Part shown: positions 1 through 13,115 of the stretch, in pieces
How the letters are laid out: each line of letters begins with the position of its first letter
How positions within the stretch are numbered: the first letter of the stretch is position 1
Source: Paramecium tetraurelia
Taxonomy: Eukaryota
Assembly: GCA_000165425.1 (NCBI GenBank)
Contig: CT868330.1
Span: 248,001-312,000 of the forward strand
DNA: 64,000 nucleotides
Direction of reading: 5' to 3'
Notes under the pieces: model-generated
What the model was told of the DNA's origin: nothing
Database searches by the model: none
Seen by the model: only the letters and a program-made list of their open reading frames with translations
Made by a program: the position numbers and the translations under genes

Positions 1-193
1 GTAACAAGACAGATGAATTACTTTTATTATCAAATCTTATACAAGTATATAGCTTTTGGGTTTTAAGTATTAACAGATTATGATTGTGATTTTCATAAAG
101 GATTGCCTTGACGTTATATGTATCGTCAGAGTTTGCGTAATTAATGAGAGAACCAATGGCTTAACTATTTCTTCTGGATGATGATCTAGACAT
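1..193 (-). CDS. 5' part of a hypothetical protein running off the window edge
   Basis: ATG at 193 (MSRSSSRRNSQAIGSLINYANSDDTY...); open in the ciliate code to position 1, preceded by an AT-rich spacer. Confidence 0.45.
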
Positions 194-240
194 AAAATAA
201 ATTAAAATATGTAATCATTATACATCATATAAAACTATAA

Positions 241-2011
241 TCAAAGTGATTGCCTATCATCAATCTAAGTAAACATATGTGTACTATAACTATCAAATTG
301 CTATTGCGAAGGTCTTGCTGTCACTAATTCCTTTATTTTCAAAGGGGATTATTTTTTATTCTTTAACCCTTTTTTTAGCGTTGTTATATTGAAATTAGAA
401 TAACAGACACCTTTTTTGGAATTGAGTTTGAAGTTTTTGACCAAGTCTCTCTTAACAGTGAGAGGCAGAATATGAAATTATGGTTTAAGATAATTTTCAT
501 GGGGCTTCTTCAAATTTAATTTGTTTTCTAGCATAAATCTTCTTCTCTTGATAAGATCATTGCTCCCATTCCCAAAATCAAATTCTTAAAATTCACAACT
601 TTTTATTAACTTATGAAATGTTTTTTCTCTGTCTATTATTTTAGCTATGCAAAAATTTTATACGCTGGGATTTGAATATTTAGTTAAAAAATGCTGATTC
701 AATTAAATTTCCTTTGATTTTTTGAAACTTTCAACAATATGAATTTTACTCTAATCAATAATTACATCATCTATCTCTGTCAATAATCTTACCTATTCGT
801 TTGTCAAATCTTTATTTGATAAATTCTATGCTCTCCTCTTCTACAACAATAATTACAACAATCTCTATCTATTAGCAGTTTTAGGGCCATAATCTTCCAT
901 TAATTGTAATCTGCATTCTTCTGGAAACTTATGGATGAACTCATTTGCATCAATCACAATTACTGTAGCTAATAAGGATGTCACAACGCAGCTATATTCA
1001 TAGGTTCCATTCTTATTAATAATAATTTCCTCCCCAATCAAATGTCCTGAAGATATTATACATAAAGAAACATTTCGATTATCAATCCTTTTTTGTAAAG
1101 TCAAATCTCCATTTATCACTAAATAAAATGCATCTCCATCGTCATCCTCTGTAGCTAACTAAGTTGCTCTGTCATAAGTAATGGTTTAGCAACTGTATAT
1201 CATACTCTCTAATCTCTAAGATGAGTATTCATTATTCACATCTAAATCATTTAATTATTTACTTACTTTTGAATATTTTGAACATTAATTGTTACTTCTC
1301 TTTCTTTGTTTTTTCAAACGTCATCTAATATGTAAAGAAATCATCTTTCTTTAAAACTATCACAAATAATTCATGACTATAAGATGCTACTGTTAGTGAC
1401 CTAGGAATATTTTTCAACCAAAGCTTTCTCTCCAAATCCTGTACCTACACCTAACAACCTTATCGATTCTCCAAATTATTATTCTAATTATTATTTCTCC
1501 TCCTTAGATATCGTTGTCTCCTTATGAATATTATGATGTCTTATAATTTTATTTGTAAATTTCTTAGCATTTAGAATTTATGCCATTTTTAGTTATGGTT
1601 ATTGAACCTGTTCTGAATTCTATCTCTACAAAATCATCAACTAATCCATCTTTTTCTGTCTCATTAACATAACTTCTCCATATTATATGATATAAAGTTT
1701 ATCATTTGATGTATCATTCTCTTGGAACAACACTTCTCCTCCTTTAAAATATTCCATCCTCAATCGAGAGCACAACTACAAAATAAAAAACACAAAACTA
1801 CTTCCAAAATATCATTCCTTTGCGTTCCTTTCTGCAATTTCTCTGAAACGAATTATTTAAAGTATGGCAGTTCTTCCATCCTTTATAAAATGTAGTGTAA
1901 TTCTTCTCTAGTATGATTTTCCTTATTCATTGTAAGAAACATTTTCGTTGCCTCGTGTAACTAAGGATTATCACAAGTCTCATCAAGTGGTTTTAAGTAT
2001 ATTTAATTCAT
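241..2011 (-). CDS. Cyclic nucleotide-binding (cNMP) domain protein, two CNB-like domains
   Basis: MNQIYLKPLDE... start with a tiny intron near 1776-1801. CNB-like motifs EYFKGGEVLFQENDTSNDKLYIIQYGEV and INGDLTL...GHLIGEE...YEYSCVVTS. Frame followed to TGA at 241-243. Confidence 0.75.
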
Positions 2012-2094
2012 TAATATTTATTTATCAAAGTCTTTTAAAGACATAAAAATAATAGTTCAGTATATTATCTTGTCAAATACATGAAATAACTCAT

Positions 2095-3251
2095 TCATTT
2101 ATAACAGACCATAGGAGCTATATCTGCCCAACTGCTCAAATACAATTTGTTTTGCATTATTAATGCATTTGAAATTCCTCTTATGTATTAATTTGATTAA
2201 TAAATTATTGTTGTTTGGTTAGTCTATAAGGAATACTCACCTACGCTACTCCATGTTGAATAGGTTGATTGTCTACTTAAATCATTACCTTTTAAGTGTA
2301 AGTTTAAAAGTATTGTTTAATAACCTTTTGGATTCATTGCAAAAATCAACTTATTGTTAATTTCATCATAATTAATGTTATCTATTTGATGAGGTAATTT
2401 TATTGTATGTTCTTTTTTTAAGCCTTCTTCCTCTAATTTAAATTAATAAATGGTTTTTCTTAGATTATCGCCCACCCAAACAGTCTTATCCTAATCCCAT
2501 GTTATACCTCCTGCCCAACTAAATTATTACGAGGATATAACATGACAATTTGGGATAACTTGAATGTGTTTCAAATCAAATGTACAATCTAATATATTTG
2601 TATATTGGAATTTAAGAGTTATTACTCCTAAATTTTTTATTTTCATTCCAAATCCCCATTAATTACGACTAACAAATAAAATATAGATTACCCTTCAATT
2701 GGATCAGTGTATGGCATTAATTTGGTGATCAAGAATCTATCCGGAGATACTACAATCAAATCTTTTAGAGTTCCTGTATATTGCTAACCCATAATAAATG
2801 AATGCTGATATTCAAGATGTAGATCATCAATTATTCGAAATACTTCAACTCTTTCTCCACCATAAATATAAGCATGATTAACTGCAAAAATATAATAAAT
2901 TTAATTATTTTTCCATAGATGCAATCCATGAGGATAAAATGCAACATTTGATGGAAATCCTTCAATATGCATTTAGATTGGTGTTGATTGTTGATGAGCA
3001 TTTTACACAATATAAAAGGATGCTTATTTTAATTCAGGAGTGCCTTTAGCAAAGATTTCAGCCAAATTACCAGATGCAAAAATGAGATGATTTCCATATT
3101 GGAGAATATCTTCTGCGCCTGGAATGTCTAAATTTAGATATTCACATCCAGAATAGTTTTCAATTTTTGTTACTCCTTTTACGAAATCTAAATCTACAAC
3201 GAAGTGAAAAATAGATCCTAGAATTAATGCAAAAAGTAAATGAGTCTTCAT
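2095..3251 (-). CDS. Serum paraoxonase/arylesterase-like (PON/SMP-30 six-bladed beta-propeller) protein with N-terminal signal anchor
   Basis: Hydrophobic N-terminus, GAEDI, FYPHGLHL, AVNHAY..ERVEVF, HQIDNI, and C-terminal LYLSSWADIAPMVCYK-TGA. Confidence 0.75.
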
Positions 3252-3302
3252 TTAAAAATAAAAATTAATTTTAATAAAATAATGAACAATAGAACATATA
3301 AT

Positions 3303-4406
3303 TCATTGTAAACTCTTTAATTGATTCATTAAATCTTCTAGATTGGTACTTTCTTTTGTTGTGTCAGTAGACTATTATTATGATTATTATGATTATTATT
3401 AATTCAATAATTATTATTAAATTTATGCTTCATTAATTGGAGTATCATCAGCCACAACTTCAATACCCCATTCATTTTCAACATGAACAATATCCTATTT
3501 CTATTCTGATTATTCTTTTCTCTTTTATAATTTATTCAATCTAAGTTTTTCAGAATTCAGCTGTTATCTTTTCAAGCAATTATGATCCTTACATTCAGGG
3601 TTAGGCATAATAGCATAATTCTAGAAAAAGTCAGCCAAAGCATTATATCCAAGGAGAAATGTAGTTTAACCAAAACCTAATAAATATTTGAGTGTATTCT
3701 AAGCTAGAAATCCAGCAGTTATCCCCATGGTAGTTGGCAAAGAGGCTGCACATACACCCTCTCTTTTAATTTACTATTCAGTATTTTCAACTACAGCCAC
3801 AGGTACAGCACATGCAAAACATGCTGTTTCACCTGGAATCATCAATTAAATATGTGCAGACATTGCATCTTCAGATACACCACTCTCCATCCAAACTTAA
3901 TCAAGTTCATTACATGCACTATTAATTGTCATACGTGCAGCATAATTATCAACGCAACTTAAAACTAGATTAACAGGTCCTCCTTTGAGAGCACCGTTTT
4001 GCAATCTCTCCAATAATTAGTTAAAACCTGTTCCTGATGTGATATTTTCATTGTATGCTTCAATCACAACATCTGGATTAATATTCAATAATGTTTATTT
4101 TGCTGCCTCAACCTTTGATAATCCTACTTATTGTGGAGTGAAAAATAACCTAAATATTAGAACTATTGATTACCTATTCATATTTGCTAATTCAACCTTA
4201 TCATAATCATACATAATCAATTTACCAATTCCACAACGTGTTAACATTTCGCATAAAACTGATCCTACTCCACCAACACCAACTACTAATACTGTGAACT
4301 CCTTTATCTATTGATAATTCTGAACAATTCCCATTCTCTTTAATGCCATCAATCTGCTGTAAGGATTGTCATTCCTTACTTCTTCACTCATTTATCTTTC
4401 TTGCAT
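3303..4406 (-). CDS. UBA5: UFM1-activating enzyme (E1-like)
   Basis: [87 protein letters not shown]-terminal [12 protein letters not shown]. One tiny intron near 4150-4173. Confidence 0.95.
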
Positions 4407-4421
4407 TTTTTAATAATATAA

Positions 4422-5210
4422 ATGAATAATTAATTTTTACCTCATGATGATGATCCTTAACTCAAAGAAGAAAGGAAGAAATTGTACAAAATTTTTGGAA
4501 AGGAAACTTCTTTAGGCAAGGAACTTTTTGGATTATACAATGCTCATGAAAAAACAAAAATCAATTATCCCAAGCCTAAATAAAAAACCTAAGAGTAGTT
4601 GGATTCTGAAAAAATCAAAACTTAGAAGACTTGTCCACAAAAAACTATTATTGAATATCCAAAGGAAGAACCTAAACAAAGATAATAATATTATCCCATT
4701 GATTTTGTTTAAAAAAGAAAACCAGAAGCAGAAATCAGAAAAGAAATTGAAAAATACTATGAAGGTAGAAAGTTTTTTAGGCCTGCTGTCTAGGGATAAG
4801 ACAGAAAAAAATTGATTGAATAATTATAGAGAGTATTTAAATATAAAAGAGGAGCATTGCCTAAGGGTGCAGAACTACCTGAAATCAATATTAAGAATGA
4901 TGATGCTTTCTTAAAAGATTCTGAAACAACATCAAATGCCATAAAGAAAATGCATAAAAAAGACTTATATTTTACAGGACTTAAATCTGACAATTAATCT
5001 GATGCAACTACTTTATAAGGAGATCCTTAAATTGAATTAGAAGTCCTTTTTTCGTCGATTATGAAAGAAATAGAAGAAAGACAGGAATTTCTTTAAGAAA
5101 TTGAACATCTTAATGAACCAAAATTGAAATAAAGAATCAAAGATGAAATTATTGAAAGAGTTGCTGAATTATAAAAGGTTCAAGATTTAAGAAGACACTA
5201 TTGTAATTGA
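4422..5210 (+). CDS. UPF0193 (EVG1/C22orf23-like) protein
   Basis: Intronless 789-nt ORF in the ciliate code. C-terminal LFSSIMKEIEERQEFLQEIEHL...IKDEIIERVAELQKV resembles the UPF0193 C-terminus. Confidence 0.7.
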
Positions 5211-5379
5211 TTAGTTATTATAAATATATATCATTAAACTGTATTCCAGTTTCAATTCATTAAGTAATAAAATAATCAAGAATTATATACTATAATGAAA
5301 ATTACCATATATGATATTTCTGTTATAAAAGCTTGAAATAATAGAGAAAAATGGTTGTTATAATATTATATATTATGAA

Positions 5380-8172
5380 TCAAGAATTTTGAGATATTTA
5401 TAAAATCTTACTTACTTCGGCCAAGTCAAAAGGTAAACTTATATACTGATCTATTCCATTACGATAGTACTCAATTTTCGAATAATATTCAACAAGACCC
5501 GTAGTTCCTATTATATATCCCTTCTATGTCATTTTCTCTTTTATATACCTACTTAGCCATAAGCCTCCTCTTTTTGGTAAATCAACATTAATAAAATACA
5601 AAACAAACCCAATATTACCACATTTACACTTTTTTTTTGTTTCTAATAATTTGATTACTTCCTCAGTACTAAAAGCTCGTGAAGAATTGACTTTGAATCT
5701 GGATAAAATCATTTCCAGTATTTATATATTCTGAAATTCACAATCTGCAATCAACACCCTGGAACAACATCTCCCTGTAGTTGAAAACTTAATGATCTCT
5801 CCCTGCATTTTTGCTGCTACAGAAACTGGTATTTGTATAGGAGAAAGAGTGTCAGTGCCAAAATCCAAGAAAAGATTGGATGATGTAGGCTATTATTTTA
5901 ATTCAGTTAATTAGGGTTGACTCAAAAAGGTTTACTCTCTTTCTCTAGCATCATTTAACAGAGTGTTTACATTTCCTCCACTATTATTTCCGTTTCCACT
6001 GTTGCCAAGACTATTATTAATAGTAGCCTCTGGGAAATGGGGTAATTGATATTTGGTTTATGAAGGCGTGGTCTAATAATTAACTCTTTTCTAATGTTTG
6101 GTTTCTTCATCCTAATAAAAGATGTTGGATATCTGTTCAAAGGAATGAGAATCTTTCTATTTAGAATTAGGAATGTTAACCGAATCAGCCTTCACCTTAG
6201 ATATTTGGGAAACATAGTTACTCTAGTATTCTGAGTACTTTTAACTAAATTATTTCGAAATTCTAGATTGAGAAAAATGAAGAGAGTGATCCATTGAAAC
6301 CTTATTAGATTCTTCCCTGAATAAAGTTTAGGTTTTCTCATTTTATTTGGATGTGTCTTGCTATGCCAATAATTGACTTAATGAAGTCTCTTGATAGTGA
6401 TATTATCCAATCAATCGTATTGCTTTCATCTCCTCATTATTAACATTGAATGATTATAATGTAAATTTGAATGCTGTTCCATATGGTTCCACTTATGCAA
6501 TTTCCAATCCTTTTTTCAGTGACCCTGATAAATATTAAGCAAGTATGTGGCAGATACTGAATTCTGAAAACTATAGATTTGGTTTCTTTAAGTTTAATCT
6601 TATTATTCTTAAATCTTTTTCATCTATGTTTATGGGAGTATGCATTATAACTTGATAATTCTTAGTGGAGAACATCTTCCAAGATATTGTGATACTTTCA
6701 TCTTTACTTTGTTTGATACAAAATTTGATCAATGGTAACATCAATTGTTTTAACTAAAATATTGAAAATTTTACATTACTCTTTCTGCATCTGTTTCTAT
6801 GATATTGTCAGTTTATTCATGTTCTAATTTGATATCAATCCCTTTAGCTTTAGAGGAATCTTGCACCATAATCATTAGATCTTCACAAATAGATTGGATA
6901 TCCACCGTCCCTATTTTCAATAGCAGTTTTTTTTAATTATGAAGGTTGAAATCTCTCATATTTGCCAATTACAAATATACGATTACACTTGAAACTCTAA
7001 TTGGATACATATACTTCTCTAGTATATAATCACTTATCTAAGGATCTGATTCAGCCAACACTGAGATTGTCATTATAGAATTCAAACTTGGAGTTATGTA
7101 AGTGGTGAATTAAGAGAATGCTTGAAATGAAGGTTGATACACTACTTCCCTCTATTCAATTTAAATAAATACAAATGTTTTCTTATTCTTGCCTACCAAA
7201 AATATCTTGATCATCCAGTCATTCATCCATGTTGCATCCACTTTATTTATAATAAACATATTATTCTTATAAAGTTCATAATCTCCAACTAATTTATTTA
7301 CTAAATCTTTTAATGTAAACCTACTCTGATTAATTGTTCCACTGCTTGCAATCAAATCTTAAAAGTCTCTATTGCCCTACACTATCGCTAAATTCAAAAT
7401 TGAAGCCACACTCTCATTATCCATTGAATTACTAAATGAGTTTCTAGAAAAATCAGCTACATTAAATGTTTGGATTATAACATTGTCTGAATCGTCTAGA
7501 ACAATAAATTGCTGTCCCTTAATCCAAGCACTTATTACTAATAGATTAATTTATTTACTATTCATCTAATAATACAGAGTCCATCGATTTCGATAGTTCT
7601 TTCAAAGGTGAAAACCCTCCATAAACAGGACTTTTACAGTTAGAAACATTTAAATCATCTGATTTATAAGCATCAAATTCTTTCTAAGGCAAAGCTGATA
7701 TGCAAATATCAAAATCCTTTTATATCTTTTCAGTACTCTTTTCAATTTTTTAGTGAGAATTATTACTATAGCGAAATGAGAAGATTATTGATAAACAAGT
7801 TAATCCTATTCCAACATTGATAAAATAATTGGAAAATTGTTATTCAAAAAACACATTTCCTATAGCGTATAAAGATGGCAAATTGGCTAATTTGGAATTA
7901 CCTACCAATTATTCTTAAAATAATGTGTGAATTAAGTGTAAGTTTATGATGACTGATAAAATTTACGGTTTACAAAAATAATTCAAAGTTAGTTATGCTA
8001 AAATTCTTATTAAGCAAAGAATTGTTAAAGGATAACCCGGCTTCTTTTATTCTTTCAGATAAAATAAAATGCGAGCACATAATGCCATTATAATTATATC
8101 TATAATTTTTATGATGAGTGATATTTTATATTGAAATGCTATGATAATTTTTTCATCTATAAATACCTTCAT
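5380..8172 (-). CDS. Membrane hybrid histidine kinase-like protein (TM - HisKA-like - HATPase-like - receiver), catalytically degenerate
   Basis: Hydrophobic N-terminal part, H-box-like TTYITPSLNSIM, N-box-like TDAERLKQLMLPLIKFCIK, G-box-like EFSICHILAQYLSG...EPYGTAFKFTL, receiver RVLIADCEFQNIQILEMIL...IIGTTG...GIDQYISLPF. Start approximate. Confidence 0.7.
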
Positions 8173-8512
8173 ATTGCAACAGTATCATACAGACCTCATA
8201 GTTTATTAACAATATTATCTAGATCACTTGTTCTGACATTTTTTATTATCAATTTTAACAATTTTGATTTGGTAAAATATATTATTATCGGTTTTCATTA
8301 ATATTTAAATACTTTTCATTGGCTAATTTGTTATGATATAAGAGAGAGAAGAACATTTAATTGTATTTTTAAGTTAATATATTGTTACCAATATAATAAA
8401 GGATTTAATATAAATACCTTTCATTAAAGATTACCTATAGTTAAATAACTCATACAAGAACTAAATTAATAAATATGTATGATGTCTCCAAATTTTTTAA
8501 GAGAAACCTTAA

Positions 8513-10891
8513 TCAATTCAAGGAAGCATCTAAAATCATTAAAATTCGTGGAATATTAGTTTTATTGTCTATACTTGAAAGCTTAAGTTGTCTATCAAAA
8601 TCTATCAAGAGTTATACTGAAATTACATTACCCTGACTTTTAGGTTCTATTTTGAAAGATTTAGATCTATCTCTGAAATTTATGTCAGTAGCTAAACATC
8701 ATATCCAATAATAAAAAATTCAAATTCATGATTTATAAAACTTGGAGGTTACTATTATGATTGAACTTGTTGTAAGAGGACTTTATAGTAATTAACTACA
8801 AATCTTCTGCATCATCTATTGTTTAATCATTTATATTAATGGGAAATCTTTAACTTATTATTTGTGCAATAAAATTTAGTTTCATTTTTTAAAGAGATTG
8901 AGCTTATTTGGATAATAATACTCTTATATTTTGGAAATAAAATAATAAGTATAATTATAATCATTATCAACATTTATAGTGAAAATAATGTAAAATTGTC
9001 ATTATAATGATTTCATTGCAGCTTAAATTAATGTAATTTTTTATTTTGAGAAAAAGATCTTTTTTGGGGACTTGCCATATCTAATTCAAATAATTTAGGT
9101 TATAGACATGACTTTTTTTGCTATTATTAGTATGTTGGAATAACTTGTTATTATTGTTGTAACTATAAATTTTTCATACTTTGATGATGTTTTGGGAGTT
9201 GTGGATAGGATACTTATCTGGTTTATTCTTTTGTATTTTTTCTTGAACTTGATTACGTCTTACTTTTAGTTTCTGTATTTCTATCAGATTCAGTTAACTT
9301 ATCAATTTTGCTCTATTTTTTATTAATTTTAGGTAACATTTAAGGAGTATTTATTTTCTTAACTGGGATGGCCGGGGGTTTACTTATCTAAGTTAAGGGA
9401 GTTTCAGATTGCTCCTTCTTTTAATTTCTTTTAATATCTATTAAATTATATACTATAAATACTTGCTCCAGTCCAATTATCTTATAATTAAGAAGCAAAT
9501 TCAATGAATTTATTATATTCATGAGCATCTTCTAATGGGAATATTTTGACATAATCTCCTAAATTATTATTTTCATGTTTGTCTCGTTATTCAGAACTTT
9601 ATTAAATAAGAAGTTATTTTTATTCTTGTGTTAATTTTTATTTCTTGCCTGTTAGAACTCTTTATTACAATTATTCTTTCCTTGATGCTATTATTTCTTC
9701 TTTAGCTTTAAGACTTAAATTCATCAATTTTAAAGTATCCCTAATGAGATTCTTCTTAATTAACGAATCTAATGGTGTATCTGTAGTAAAGCTAGGCGTA
9801 TGATTGACTTCTAATAAAAAGGGTTTTAATTTATCATTAATGAAGATATCAAATCCAAGAATTTCAAAGCACATATTATTTGCATAATTGTCAGGTTAGC
9901 ATGATTTGTAGTGATGACTAAGAATTGGTTAAACGGTGCAGAATGTTTTTATAAATAAATTATACATATCCTACCACAATTGTTGGATGTTATGTCCTTC
10001 CTCCTATAATTTACCAAACACTGATTTAATTGACCTCTTGTGACCAACATCCATCTTAGTAGCATCATTATTGAAAACAAAGTTAGGATTTTCTTTATTT
10101 ATAGCATAATTTGTTAAGTGCATGCAAACATCCTCCAAATTATTTGCAGTTGGAGTAACGTATGGCTCAGTTGCAAATCTAACTAATCCATCCTAATATA
10201 CGTAAATTCTCATAGGATCTGTTCCAGCCAATAATACATAGACTCTTAAATCAAATTTCAAACCATCTATCAAAAATGGTCTATGCATATATCTTTATGC
10301 CACATAGTGATCAGTTGGATTTATATCATTTATATTTCTGGTCAGGAATATTCCCCTTCCTTAACAACTTGCTTCTGGTTTTACTATGAATGTTCTTACT
10401 TTTCCTTTGACGAATTAATTTTTAAAATCCCCATATTCAGCTGGTAATAACCATGTTTACGGAAAAAATTTAAAATCATTTGGGAATTGTTTTCTCATCT
10501 TCATCAAATTTCTTCCAAGATGATTTTTGCGAGCAAGTGAATACATTCCTGGAAAATGGTTTATCTTTTGATGAGCTTTTCAAATATTGTTTAACAAACT
10601 TACGTTACATTTTACCTAAGGTTTCTGGTTAAACTGCTGCATCTGTCCAAAACATATCCCAATTAACACCATCTGGTTCATATTTACAATATCCATTTGA
10701 ATAGCTTTTTCCCTACAAACTTGACTACATCATATTTTGTATCTCTATTAAAATTCAAAATTACCTGACACATTCATAATCAGTTTGATCTTTTTTCTTT
10801 TATCGTCAGTTTCATTATCACTATTATCCTTGAATGACCCATTAAATAACGGTTCTTCTTCTTTGGATTTTTTCGATTGCTTTTATTACAT
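8513..10891 (-). CDS. Tubulin polyglutamylase, TTLL6/TTLL13-like
   Basis: INHFPGMYSLARK, IVKPEASCQGRGIFL, FKFDLRVYVL, MHLTNYAINK, CFEILGFDI, LLEVNHTPSFTTDTPLD. Low-complexity C-terminal tail, so the 3' end is approximate. Confidence 0.9.
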
Positions 10892-11044
10892 TTATTTTAT
10901 ATATTATATATGTATGCATGAGAGAATAATAATCACATTGAGGCATAAATGGTTAGGTTCATATTTCAATTACATATAACATCTCATTTTCCATTTAAAC
11001 TATTATTTAGCCATTTGCTAACATTAATAATTAATGAAATATTA

Positions 11045-11540
11045 ATGGAACTTAATATTCTTTTAAGGTTTCTGTTAATTGAATTTAGTCTCTATTAAAA
11101 TGAAATATCTATAAGAATCTTTTATGATAAACCAAAAACAATTTCCATTAACGACATAACCACATTATTATAAGATTATCTGTTATTGAATAGCAAAATA
11201 TTGATAGCTTATATGATGCAATCAGAAATAATTTTGGTTAATTCACACTCAAATTTTGATATAGATTAGAATAATACAATAATTCTGACCATTATTATAG
11301 ATGAATTTTGTTTGATGCTTTGTATGTTCCCAATAGATGTTTATAAAGTATATGCATATATTGAAAAGGATTACCTTATTCTGAAGTTAAATTGTTAAGA
11401 GATCTACCAAGTATATTATAATTAACTATCTCTAATTGCTCATCATAATTTCAATTAGAGACTCATTTAATTCATTAATGCATGCATTCTTTAATTCATA
11501 GTTTTAGATGCAATAATTCTTATAAACATTATGAATAATT
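11045..11540 (+). CDS. Possible small hypothetical protein
   Basis: ATG, candidate 21-nt intron gtttctgttaattgaatttag, then about 140 open codons in the ciliate code. No recognisable motif; ends uncertain. Confidence 0.25.
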
Positions 11541-11578
11541 AATAGCACTTTTTTAGATTATTTTATATTAATTAATTT

Positions 11579-13088
11579 ATGGATCAAAACCCTGAATAAG
11601 ATAGAGATTGGGATGACTTAAAAGGAGTATTAGCAGAAGACATCATTAATAAATTTAAAGAAGTTGGTCCAAAAGTTTATAGTCATCAATATGAATTCAT
11701 AAATTACTGTTTAGGATAGGATGTCAATTAATAATCTCCAGTGATTGCTCTACGAAGTCAAACTGGAAGTGGAAAGACATTGTGTTTCCAATCTCTCATT
11801 TATTAAGAATTCAAAGATAAACATCAGAAAATCAGTGAACAGAAATAAATCAAGTAGAAAGATAATACAATGAAGGAAGTCAGAATGTTATATCCTTACA
11901 CAATAGTCTTAGGATAGACTATATACTTGAAATAACATGAGGAGTACTTTAGAAAGCATTTACCAGAGAGATTGAAGAATTAAAATTTAAAATTTTAAAC
12001 TTTCTTTGCATTTACAAAAGACAATGTATTATATATCATTATATGTGTAGTAATTTCAATAAGTAAAGGAGAATCGAATTGAAGAGGCTGATTGTTCAGT
12101 TTACCTTTGCCATCCTAGTAAAATGTTAGTGGGGTTGAAAAACCGTATAATAAATGTGTCAAATCTTAGATATTTGATAATTGATGAGGCTGATCAATTA
12201 TTAGAGAAGAATGAACAAAATTAGGCTAGAGTTGAGACTATGCAATTGATCTAGTTCATCTTAGGATAAACAAATAATTAAAGTTATTAAATTGTGTTTG
12301 TGAGTGCTAGTTTGAAACCTGAAGAAATTTAAAATCTGATTAAGGAATGTGTTTAAAATAATATAGATGCAAGTAAGAAAGTTGATTCTAGATTCTTGCA
12401 TAAAGATGAAGATGATATCTAAGAAGTTGTTTGTAATTTAAGAGTTATTCCATCAATTTAATAACAGATATCTCCTTATACAATAGTTCATATGTATAAA
12501 GAAGCTGCGGAATAACCGGAGTAGATTTTGGTGGATTTATTGAAGGATGTTTTTGATAAATTTACAGAGGCCCAGGTTATGATATTCTTTAACAAGAAAA
12601 CAATTGTTAATGAATTAATAAATTTATTTAAAAAGTCATAGAAATTGGAATACATAGTTAAAAATAATTGGATTGGGGAATGTACAGGAGATACCAATTA
12701 AGTGGATAGAGAAACAGTGAGAAAGGAATTTAAAGATGGAAAAAAGAAGATTTTACTTTGTACTGATGTTTTACAAAGAGGAATGGATTTTAGAAAGGTG
12801 AGAGTCATCATTCATTATGGATTACCAATAACACCTGCAGGAGAGTTTAAAGAAGAGAGGTACTCTTACATTATTTATGTATTTAGTTATTATCAACGTT
12901 CAGGTAGAACTGGAAGAGCAAAAGATGAAGGAGTGGTTGTCTCTTTGTTATTAGAAGATGATCTAAAATAGAAAAGACAAGAGAAATTGGTGGAAAGTCT
13001 AGTGATGAACAATTCAAAAATACAAAAATATGATTAGAAACAATTCTGCACTGATTTGGCTAAACTATTGAATTTAAATAAAGAGTGA
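11579..13088 (+). CDS. Divergent DEAD-box RNA helicase (eIF4A/DDX19-like core)
   Basis: SQTGSGKT (motif I), IIDEADQLL (II), VSAS (III), MIFFN (IV), TDVLQRGMDF (V), QRSGRTGRA (VI); tiny introns. Confidence 0.85.
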
Positions 13089-13115
13089 TAAAACAAATAA
13101 ATATTAAACAATAAA

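Noticed and set aside
3370..3420. (ATT/ATG)n microsatellite-like tract
   Set aside because: It encodes the Gln/Ser/Asn-rich linker in the UBA5 C-terminus and is not an independent repeat element.
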